Positions 44,901-57,500 of a stretch of 64,000 nt of DNA are shown here, piece after piece. The stretch is from the NCBI RefSeq assembly GCF_009914755.1, contig NC_060945.1. The stretch is one strand, 5' to 3'. The notes beneath the pieces were generated by a model. It did no database searches. It had not been told where the DNA came from and saw nothing but the letters and a program-made list of their open reading frames with translations. The translations under genes were made by a program, and so were the position numbers. Origin of the DNA: the human T2T-CHM13v2.0 reference genome, Homo sapiens. Position 1 is the first letter of the stretch. Each line of letters begins with the position of its first letter.

Positions 44901-47559
44901 TCAGTCCATTCATGTCCATTCAATTCTATTCCATTCCATCAGAATCCATTCCATTGCAATCCATTCCACAGGAGTTCGTTCCATTCGAGTTCATTCCATT
45001 CCAGTTCATTGCGTTTCAGTCCATTCCATGTGATTCCATTCCATTTGATTCTATTCCATTCCAATCCATTCCATTCCATTTGACTCCATTCGATTCCGTT
45101 CTATAACATTCCATTCAATTTCATTCCATTTCATTCGAGTTCATTTCATTGGAGTCCATTCCATTCTAGTCCATTCAATTCCACACCATTTTATTTGGTT
45201 CCCTTCTATTAGATTGCATTCCATTCCATTCAATTCCATGAGATTCCATTCAATTTCATTATATTCCATTCCATTCTATTCCATTCCATTCCACTTGAGA
45301 CTGTTCCATTCCATTCCATTCCTTTCCATTTGACTCCATTCCATTCGATTCCATTCCATTCTAATCCATTCATTTCCAGTCCATTCCATTAGATTCCATT
45401 CCATTCCTTTCCATTCGAATCCGTTCTGTTCCATTCCTTTCCATTTCATTCTATTCTTTTCCATTCAATTCGATTCCATTAGATTCTCTTACATGCCATT
45501 CCATTCCATTTGATTCCATTGCGTTCCATTCAATTCCATTCCATTTCATTCCATTGGAATCCATTCCGATCAATTCCATTCCATTCCAATCCATTCTATT
45601 CCATTCGAGTCAATTCCATTCCTTTCCATTTTTTTCTGTTCTATTCCATTCCCTTTGAGTCCATTCGATTCGAGTCCTCTCAATTCCATTCCATTCCATT
45701 CTATTCTTTTACATTATAATCTATTCCATTCCATTTCATTCCATTCGATTTGATTCGATTCCATTCCATTCGCATCCATTGCATTCAATTTCAATCCATT
45801 CGAGTCCATTCCATTCGAGTTCATTACATTCCAGTCCATTCCAATGCATTCCATTCCTTTCTATTGCATTGGATTTCATTCCATTCGATTAAATTGCATT
45901 CGATTCCTTTGCACTGGAGTGCATTCCACTCGAGTCCATTCCATTCCAATCCATTACATTCTATTCCATTCCATTCCATTCCATTTAATTCCATACTAGT
46001 CTTTCCATTGCATTAAATTCCACTCCATTCTATCCCATTACATTTGACTGGACAGCGTTCGATTCGTACACATTCAATTCGACGCCATTTCATTCGATTC
46101 CATTCCATTCTATTCCATTCCATTCGAGTCCATTCCATTCCATACGATTCGACTCAATTCAGTCCACTCCTTTCTAATCCTTTCCAGTCCACTGCATTCC
46201 ATCCCATTCTATTCAATTCCATTCCATTTTATTCGATTCCATTCCATGCAATTCCATTCCATTCGAAACCATTCCATTCCTTTCCATTCCATTCAATTCC
46301 ATTTCATTCTATTCCATTCCGTTTGAATCCTTTGGATTCCATTCCATTCCATTCAGTTGGTTTTCAATCAGTTCCTTTCCGTTCCATTTGATTCCATTCC
46401 ATTCCTTTCTATTTTATTTGATTCGATTCCATTTGATTGCATTCCGTTCAAGTACATTCCATGGGAGTCCATTCCATTCACTACCATTCTATTCCAATCG
46501 ATTCCATTATATTTGATTCGATTCGATTCGATTCCATTCCATTCCATTCCATTCCATTCCATTGCTTTCCATTAGAGACCATTCCATTCCAGTCCGTTTC
46601 ATTTGAGTCCATCTCATTCCAGTCCATTCCATTTGATTCCATTCCCTTGGATTCCATTCCATTGTATTCCGTTCCATTGGATTCCATTCCATTCTATTTC
46701 ATTCCATTGGATTCCATTCCAATAGAGCCCACTACATTCGAGTCCTTTCCAATCCATTCTTTTCCTTTCCATTCCATTCCATTTCATTCCTTTCCGTTAT
46801 ATAACATTACATTCGAAACCATTCCATTCAAATCCATTCCATTACAATCAATTACATTCCACTCCATTACATTCAAGTCCATTCCTTTCCATTCCATTCC
46901 AATCCATTTTATTCCATTCGAGTCCATTCCATTCGATTCCATTTCATTCCAGCCCATAATATTCGAGTCCTTTCCATTCCATTACACTCCACTCCATTTG
47001 TGTCTATTCCATTCGAGTACATTCCATTTGAATCAATTCCATTCCATTCCATTCCATTCCATTCCATTCCATTCCATTCCATTCCATTCCTCTCAATTCC
47101 ATTCAATTCCATTCCATTCAAGACTCTTCCATTCCAAACCATTCTATTCGAATCCATTCCGGTAGATTCCATTCCATTCAATTCTATTACTTTCGATTCC
47201 ATACCATTCGAGTCCATTCCTTTCCAGTCCATTATAATCGAGTCCATTTCATTCAAATCCATTCCACTCCATTTGATTCCATTCCATTCGATCCCATTGC
47301 ACTCAATTCCATTCATTTCGATTCCATTCTATTCAACACTGTTCCACTCCTCTCCATTCCTTTCTAGTCCATTCCATTATAGTCCATTCAATTCTAGTGA
47401 ATTCCGTTCTATTCTATTGTATTTCATTCCATTCCCTTCCTTTCATTTCCATTCCATTCCATTCCATTCCATTCCATTCCATTCCATTCCATTGCGTTCT
47501 ATTCCATTCCATTCAATTCTATTCCATTCCATCCCATCCCATTCCGTACCATTCGATTA

Positions 47560-49800
47560 CATTCCATTCGATTCCATTCTATTCAACAAAGTTGCGTTCC
47601 CGTCCATTCTATTCATGTCCATTTGATTCGGTTACATTCCTTTTGATTCCACTCCTTCCTATTCCCTTCCATTCGATTCTATTGCATTGCTGTTCGTTAT
47701 ATTCGATTCCATTCCATACCATTGCAGTCCATTCCATTCTATTTGATTCCGTTCCATTTGATCCCATTCCACTCAATAATATTCTATTAGATTCCCTTCC
47801 ATTCGAGTCCATTCGATTCCATACTATTCCATTCCATTGGTTTCCATTCAATTCCATTCCATTCGAGTCCATTCCACTACAGTACATCACATTCAAGTCT
47901 TTTCCATTCCATTCCATTGCATTCCATTCCATTCCTTCCATTTACATTTTATTCCATTCCATTCCATTCCATTCCAATCGATTCCATTCCATTTCTTTCC
48001 TTTTGATTCCATTTCATTCTGTTCCATTCCATACCATTCCATTCCATTCCATACCATTCCATTCCATTCCATTCCATTAGAATCCATTCCAGTAGATTCC
48101 TTTCCATTCAATGCAATTTCGTTCGAGAAAGATGCATTCTTTTCTATTCCATTCATGTACATTCAATTTGATTTCATTCCATTCAATTCTATTCCTAACT
48201 ATTTTATTCCAGTCAAGTCCATCCCATTCCAGTCCATTACGTTCGAGTGTTTTCCATTCCATTGGTTTCCATTCTATTCAATTCCATTCCTTTCAATTTC
48301 ATTTTATTTGATTCCATTCCTTTTGAGACCTTTCTATTCCAGTGTTCTCCTTTTGAATCCATTACTTTCCAGTCCACTCCATTTTATTCCATTCCATTGG
48401 AATCCATTCCAATGGCGTCCTTTACATTCGAGTCCATTCCATTCGAGTCCATTTCATTCGAGTCCATTCCATTGCAGTCTATTACGTTCGATTTCATTCC
48501 ATTCAATTCCATTGTATTCAACTCCATTCCATTCCATTTGACACCATTCCATTCGAGTCCATTCCATTCGAGGCCATTCCATTCCAGTCGAGTACATTTG
48601 AGTCCATTCCATTCCACTCCATTGCATTCCATTCCATTTCATGCATTTCCATTCTATTCCATTCCATTCCATTCCATTCCATTCCATTCGTTTCCATTCC
48701 ATTTCATTCCTTTTGATTCCATTCCATTCTATTCCATCCCATTACATTCGATTCCATTCCTTTCAATTCCATTCCATTCAATGCCTCTCCATTCGAGAAA
48801 GTTGCATTCTTTTCCATTCCATTCATGATCATTCGATTCGATTCCATTCCATTCTATTCCATTCCATTCGATTTTATTCCAGTTGAGTACATTCCAATCC
48901 AGTCCATTTTTTTCGAGTGTTTTCCATTGCATTCAATTCCATTCCTTTCCATTTCATTCCGTTTTATTCCAATCCATTCAAGACAATTCTATTCCAGTCT
49001 ACTCCATTTGAATCCATTCCATTACAGTCCACTCCATTTGAATGCATTCCATTGGAATCCATTCCAATGCATTCAATTTCATTCGAGTCCATTCCATTCG
49101 AGTCCTTTCCACTCGACTACCTTCCATTCCAGTCCATTACGTTCGATTTCATTTCAATCAGTTCCATTCTATTCCATTCCATTCCATTTCATTTGACAGC
49201 TTTCCATTAGAGGTCATTCCATTCCAGTCCATTACATTCAATTCCATTCCATGCCATTTCCTTGCATTCCAGTGCATTCCCTTCCTTTCATATCCATTCT
49301 ATTCCATTCCATTCCTTTCCATTCGTTTCCATTCCGCTTCATTCCTTGTGATTCCATTCCATTCCATTGTATTCCATTCCATCCCATTCCATTCCACTCT
49401 ATTCCATTCCATTCAATTCCATTCCATTGAATGCCATTCCACTCGAGAAAGTGTCATTCTTGTCCATTCCATTCATGTGCATTTGATTTGATTCCTTTCC
49501 TTTTGATTCTATTCCATTCGATTTTATTCCAGTGGATTCCATTCCATTCCAATCCATTACGTTCGTGTTTTCCATTCCATTCCATTCTATTCCATTCCAT
49601 TCCACTCCATTCCTTTCCATTTCACTCCATTCAATTCCATTCCATTCGAGACCGTTCTATTCCAGGCAACTCCTTTTGAATCCCTTCCATTCCAGTCCAC
49701 TCCATTTGATTGCATTCCACTGGAGTCCATTCCTATGGATTCAATTTCTTTCAACTCCATTCCATTCCAGTCCATCTCATTCGAGGCCATTTTATTCCCA
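47560..49800 (+). repeat. ~0.55-0.67 kb unit repeated 3-4 times
   Basis: Landmark TCGAGAAAG...CATTCATG begins at 48121, 48791 and 49441, with a degenerate copy (ATTCAACAAAGTTGCG...ATTCATG) at 47581. TTCGAGTGTTTTCC/TTCGTGTTTTCC follows in three copies. Confidence 0.75.
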
Positions 49801-52800
49801 TCCATTACATTCGAGTAAATTCCATTTCATTCAATTCAATTCCGTTTAATTCCAGTTCATTCCATTCAATTCAATTCTATTCCATTCGACTCCTTTCCAT
49901 TCGATTCCATTGCTTGCCAATCCATTTCATTCCATTCCATTCAATAACATTCAATTTGGTTCGATTCCATTCCATTCCATTCCATTCCATTCCATTCCAT
50001 TTCATTCCATTCCTTTCCATTCCGTTCGATTTCATTTCATTCCATTCCATTCCATTCTATTCCGTTCCATTCCATTCCATTCCATTCCATTTAATTCGAT
50101 TCCATTCCATTCAATTCCATTCCATTCATTTCCATTCCATTCCATTCGTGTCCATTCCGTTTGAGTCCATTCCATTCCATTTCATTCCATTCCATTCCTT
50201 CCCTTTCCATTCAATTGGATTCTGTTCCATTCGATTACATTCCGTTCAAATACATTGCTTTTGAGTCCATTCCTTTCGATTACATTCATTTCCATTGAAT
50301 TCCATTCCATTCCTTTCCATTCCATTCGATTCCTTTTGATTCCATTCATTTCGATTCCATTCCAATCGATTCCATTACATAAGATTTGATTCCATTTCAT
50401 TTGGTTCCACTTCATTCAATTCCATTCCATTTGAGTACGTTCGATTCGAATCCATTCAGTTACAGTCGATTGCATTTGATTCCATTCCATTCCATTCCAT
50501 TCCTCTCAATTCCGTTCCTTTCTATTCGATTCAATTCCATTCCATTGCATTCAAATCCATTCCATTTGAGACCGTACCTTTGCAATCCATTCCACTCGAG
50601 TTCATTCCATTCAACTCCATTCCATGCGTTTCCATTCTAATAGATTACCTTCCATTCGATTGCATTCCTTTCGAGTCCATTCCAATGGAGTCCATTCCAT
50701 TCGAGTCCATTCCATTCCAGGACATTCCATTAGAGTCCGTTCCATTCGAGTCCATTCCATTCCAGTGCATTCCATTCGTGTCAATTCCATTCGACTGCAT
50801 TGCCATTCAGTCCATTACATTTGAGTCCCTTCCTTTCCGTTCCGTTCCATTCTGTTCCAGTAGAGTGTATTCCATTCAAATCCATTCCATTACATAACAT
50901 TCCAGTAAATTCCATTTGACTCCATTCCCTTCGAGCCCATTCCATTCCATTCCATTCCGTTCAAGTCCATTCCATTCCATTCTATTCCATTCGATTCCAA
51001 TCCATTCCATTTGATTCCATTCCATTCGAGTCCATTCCATTCGAGTCCATTCCATTCAGGTTCATTGCATTTCAGTCCATTACATTCCAGTCCATTCCAT
51101 TGCATTCCATTCCATTCGTTTCCATTCCTTTCTATTGTATTCCATGCCATTGCATTCCATTTGATTCCATTCCTTTCCTTTCCATTCCATTTCATTCAAT
51201 TCAATTCTTTACCATTCCTTTCCATTTCATTCGTGTCCTTTCAATTCCATTCCGTTCCATTCCATTCCATTCAATTCAATTCCATTCCTTTCTATTCCTT
51301 TCGATTCCATTCCCTTCAAGTCTTTTCCATTCCATTACCATTAATTCCATTCCATTCCGTTACATTCGATTCCATTCCATTCGATTCAATTCCATTCTAT
51401 TCCACTCCTTTTGATTCCATTCCGTTCCATTCCTTTGCATTCCATTCCTTTCCGTTCCATTCCATTCAATTTTATTCCATTCCTTTCTATTTCATTACAT
51501 TCCATTCTGTTCAATTCCACTCCATTCCATTCCGTTCCATTCCATTTGATTCCATTCGATTCCATTGAATTCCATTCCCTTCGTTTCCATTCCATTCCAT
51601 TGCATGCCATTTCAGTCCATTCCATTCCTTTCCGTTCGCTTCCATTGCATTCGAGTTCATTCCATTCGAGTCCATTTCATTTTGGTCCATTACATTCGAG
51701 TCTATTCCATTCCATTTCACTCCATTCCATTCTATTTCATTCCCTTCCATTGCATTATATTCAATTCCATTCAATTCGATTCCATTCCTTTGAAGTCCGT
51801 TCCATTCCATTTGATTCCATTCCATTCCATTCCATTCCATTCCATTCGAGACCGTTCCATTCCAGTCAATTTAATTCGAGTCTATTCGGTTTGATTCCAT
51901 TCCATTAGATTCCATTCCATTCGATTCCACTCCATTAGATTCTATTCCATTTGTTTTCATTCCATTTTATTTCATTCCATTCGACACCATTCCATTCCAT
52001 TCCATTTGAGTCCATTTGATTCTAGTCCGTTACATTCGAGCCCATTGTATTGAAATCCTGTCCATTCAATTCCATTCGATTCCATTCCATTTCATTCCAT
52101 TCCATTCAATTCCATTCCTTTCAATTCTTTTCCATTCGAGACCGTTCCATTCCAGTCCATTCCTTTCAAGTCCATTCCATTCCAGTCTACTCTATTCCAT
52201 TACATTAAATTCAATTCCAATCTTTTCCATTCCATTCAATTCCATTGCTTTCGTATCCATTCCATTCGAGACAGTTCCATTACAGTCCATTCCTTTCGAG
52301 TCCATTTCCATTCCAGTCCATTCCATTATATTCCATTCCATTTGATTCCACTCCATTCACTTACATTCCTCTTTAGGCCATTCCATTCGAGTCCATTCCT
52401 TTCCAGTCCATTCCATTCGAGTTCTTTCCTTTACACTCCATTACATTCCAGTCCATTCCATTCGATTCCATTTTATTTCATTCCATCCCGTCTATTCCAT
52501 AACTTTCGATTGCATTCCATTTGAGTCCATTCCATTTGTGTCCATTCCATTTGAGTCCATTCCATTCGAATACATTCCACTCGAGTCCATTCCATTCGAG
52601 ACCACTCCATTCTATTCCATTCCATTCTACTCCATTCCATTTGATTCCATTCCATTCCATTCCATTTCATTCCATTCTATTCCATTCCATTTCATTCCAT
52701 TCTATTCCATTCCATTCCTTTGGATTCCATTCAATTCCATTCCATTCGATTCCATTGCATTCAAGTCGTTTCCGTTCAATTCCATTCTATTCCACTCCAT

Positions 52801-54475
52801 TCCATTCCACTCTTTTTGATTCAATTCCATCCGATTCCATTCCATGCGTTTCCATTACATTTGATTTGATTGTATTCCATTCTATGCCTTTCCATTCGAT
52901 TCCATTCCATTTGATTAGATTCCATTACAGTCCTTTCCATTCCAGTCCATTCTGATACAGTCCATTCCATTGGAGTCCATTCCCTTCCATTCCATTCTGT
53001 TCTATTCCTTTCTTTTCAATTCGATTCCATTCCATTTTTTTGGATTCCATACCATTGGATTCCATTTCATTCCATTCCATTTTGTTCGATTCTATTCCAA
53101 TCGATTCCATTCCATTCATGTCCATTCCATGCTGTTCCATTCGATTCCCTTCCTTTGCACTCCATTCCATTCCTATCCATTCCATTCGAATTCATTCTGT
53201 TACATTCCATTCCATTCAAGACAGTTGCATTCCAGTCCATTCTATTAATGTCCATTCTATTCGATTCCATCCCATTCTATTCCAATCCATTCTATTCGAT
53301 TCCTTTCGAGTCCATTCCGTTCCAATCCATTGCATTCCAGTCCATTCCATTCCATTACAATTCATTCCATTCCTTTTGATTACATTCCATTCGATTCCAT
53401 TCCATTTGATTCTATTCCATTTGAGACCTTTGCATTCCAGTCCCTTCCTTTTGTGTACATTCCATTCCACTCCATTCCATTCTATACATTGCCTCTCCAT
53501 TCCAGTCCATTCCATTCGAATCTTTTCCAGTCCATTCCAATTCACTCCATTCCTTTCCACTCCATTCAATTCCATTCCATTTTGTTCGATTCCATTTCAT
53601 TCCAGTCCATTCCATTCGAAACATTTCCATTCCAATCAGTTTGATTCTATTTCATTCCTTTCTGTTAAGTTTGATTCCATTCAGTGCCATTCTATTCCAT
53701 TCCATTCCATTCCATTCGATTCCATTCCATTCCATTCCATTACCTTTCATTAAATTATGTTCCATTCCATGCCAATCCATTCGATTCATTTTGATTCAAT
53801 TTCATTCCATTCGATTCCATTCCGTTCAATTCAATTTCATTCAAGTCCATTCTTTTCAATTCCAATACATTCACGTCCATTTTATTTGAGTCGGTTCCAT
53901 TCCTGTCAATTCAATTCGAGTTGATTCCATTGGAGTGCATTGAATTCGAGTCCATTCAATTCCAGACCATTCCATTAGATTCCCTTCCTTTTGATTCCAT
54001 TCCACTCCATTCCATTCCATTCCATTCCATTCCATTCCATTCGAATCGATTTCATTCCATTCCATTGCATTTCATTCCATTCGAGACCGTTCCATTCGAG
54101 TCCATTCCATTCCAGTCCATTCTATTTGATTCCATTCCATTCGATTCCATTCCATTCCAGTGCATCCCTTTCAATTGCATTCCATTCTTTTCCATTCCAT
54201 TCCTTTCCCTTCCATTCGATTCTTTTGCATTCTATTTCATTCCGTTAGATTCCATTACCTTCCTTTCCATTCCATTCTATTCCGTTTCATTCAATTAAAT
54301 TCCATTTCATTCCATTCTATTGTATTCTATTATATTCCATTCAGTTAAAATTCCATTTCATTCAATTCCTTTTGAATGCATTCAATCCCACTCCATTCCA
54401 TTCCATTGGATTCCATTCCATTCAAATCCATTCCATTTAATTGCGTTCCATTAGAGTCCTTTCCATTGGAGAGTA

Positions 54476-54554
54476 TTCCATTCGAGTGCATTCCGTTCGA
54501 CTCTATTCCATTCCATTCGAGTGCATTCCGTTCGACTCTATTCCATTCCATTCG
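54476..54554 (+). repeat. 35-bp perfect tandem duplication
   Basis: TTCGAGTGCATTCCGTTCGACTCTATTCCATTCCA at 54481 and 54516. Confidence 0.9.
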
Positions 54555-57500
54555 CTTCCATTCCTTTCGATTGCATTCCTTTCGGGTCCATTCCGTTGGA
54601 GTCCATTCCATTCCAGTCGATTCCATTTGACTCCTTTCCATTGCAGTCCATTCCCTTCCAGTCCATTCCATTGCATTCCACTCCATTCGATTATATTACA
54701 TTTGATTCCTTTCCATTCGTTTGCATTCCTTTCGAGTCCATTCCATTGGAGACCATTCCATTCGAGTCCTTTCCATTTGAGACAATTCGAATCCATTCCA
54801 TTCGAGTCCATTCCATTCGAGTCCATTCCATTCCAGTCCATTTCATTCGATTCCATTCCATTCCATTGCATTCCATTTCATTCAATATAATTACTTTCCA
54901 TTTCATTCAACAACTATCCATTCTAGTCCATTCCATTCGAGTTCATTCCATTTCAGTCGATTCCATTCCATTCAATTCCTTTCCATTCGATTGCATTTCA
55001 TTCTATTCCATTCCAAAGTAGTCCATTCCAGTTGAGTCCATCAGATTACATTCGATTTGATTCCATTCCTTTCGATTCCTTTACATTCTATTGCATTCCA
55101 TTCGATTCCATTCCAATAGAGTCCATTCCATTCAAGTCCACCCCATTTGTGTCCATTGCATTCCATGCTATCACATTTGATTCCATTCCATTCCATTACT
55201 TTCCATTCCGTTTGAGTCAATTCCCTTCGAGTCTATGGCATTCCAGTCCATTACATTGGTGTTCATTCAATTCCATTCCATTCCTTTATATTACATTGCA
55301 TGCAATTCCATTCCATTCCAGTCTATTCCATTCAAATCAATTCCATTCCATTTCATTCCATTCCATTGGATTCTACTCCATTCGATTCCAGTACGTTTGA
55401 TTCCATTCCATGCCATTCCATTACATTCGTTTCCATTCCATTCCATTCGTTTCCATTTCATTCGATTCCATTCCATTCCTTTCAATTCCATTCCAGTAGA
55501 CTCAATTTGACTCCATTCCTTACCCTTCCATTCCAGTGGATTCCATTCCGTTCGATTCCATTCCATTTGCCTTCATTCCATTGGAGTCCATTCCATTCAA
55601 TTCCATTCAATTCCAAACCATTCCTATCGATTCCCTCCCATTCAATTCCATTCCATTCCACACCATTTGATTCTATACGATTTCATTCCATTCCATTCGA
55701 GACTGTTCCATTGATGTCTATTCCATTCGAGTCCATTCCATTCGAATCCATTCCATTCTATTCCATTCCAGTCCGTTCCATTCTGATCAATTCCATTCCA
55801 TTTCATTCCATTCCATTAGATTCTATTCCATTGGATTCCAGTACGTTTGATTCCATTCCATGCCATTCCATTACATTCATTTCCATTCCATTGCATTCCT
55901 TTCCATTTCATTCAATTCCATTCCATTCCATTCCTTTCCATTCCATTCAATTCCATTGCATTCGATTCCATTCCATTGAATTGCATTCCATTCGAGGCTG
56001 TTCCTTTCTAGTCCATTCCTTTTGATTCCATTCCATTCCATTCCATTCCATTCCATTCCATTCCATTCCATTCCTTTCGAATCCATTCCTTTCGAGTCCT
56101 TTACATTCCAGTCCATTCCTTTCGAGTCATTCCATTGCAGTCCTTTCCCTTCCAGTCCATTCCATTCCTTTCCACTCCATTCGCTTCCATTCCATTCGAC
56201 TGCATTTCATTCAAATCCATTCCATTGGAGACCATTCCTTTTGAGTCCATTCCATTTAAGACCATTCGAGTCCATTCCATTTGGATGCATTTCATTCGAG
56301 TCCATTCCATTCGAGTACAGTCTGTTCCTGTTCATTGCATTCAATTACTTTCCATTCCATTCCATTGCATTCCATTCCATTCTATTCCATTCCATTCCTT
56401 TCCATTCCATTCCATTCCATTCCCTTCCACTCGAGACCATTCCATTCCAGTCCATTCCATTCGTGTCCATTCCATTCCTGTCCATTCCATTCGATTCCAT
56501 CCCATTCGACTCCATTCCATTTGATTCCATTCTATTCAAGTGCATTGCATTCGGGGCCATTCCAAAGGAGTCTGTTACATTCGAGTCCGATAGATTACAT
56601 TCTAATCGATTGCATTCCATTCGATTCCTTTCCAATCGATTGCATTCCATTCGAGTCCATTCCGTTTGAATTCATTCCATTCAAGTCCATTCCATACGAG
56701 TCCATTGCATTCCAGTCCATTGCGTTCGATTCCATTGCCTTCCAGTCCATTACATTCGATTCCATTCCATTCCATTCTACTCCATTCCTTTCCATTCCTT
56801 TCCTTTCCTTTCCATTCCATTCGAGTCCATTCCCTTCAAGTCTGAGCCATTTCATTCTATTATATTCGAATCCATTCCATTCCATTCCGTTCGAGTCCAT
56901 TCCATTCAAGTCTATTACATTTGAGTCCATTCCGTCCATTCCATTCTACGTGATTCCATTCCATTCCAGTTCAATAAATTCGAATTAATTCCATTCCATT
57001 GCACTTTATTCCATCTGATTCTATTCCATTCGATTCCATTCCGTTTGATTCCAATCCTTGCCTTTCCCTGCCATTTGATTCCATTCCATTCCATATCTTC
57101 CCATTCCATTCCATTCCATTCTACTCGAGACCGTTCCATTCAAGTCCTTTAAATTCGTTCCATTCCACTCTATTCCATTCCTTTTGATTCCATTCTATTC
57201 TATTACATTCCGTTCTAGTCCATTCCATTTGTCTCTATTCCATTCGATTCCAATCCATACGAGTCTATTTCATTGGATACAGTTCCATTCCAGTCCATCC
57301 ATTTTGAGTCCATTCCATTCCACTTCAGTCCATTCTATTCCATTCGATTCCCTTCCATTTGAGTCCATTCCCATCCTTACCATTCATTGTGATTCCATTC
57401 CATTGGATTCCATTCCATTTGATTCTATTCCATTCGACTCCATTCCATTTGAGTCCATTCCATTCCAGTCCATTAATGTGAGTACATTCCACTCCATTCT

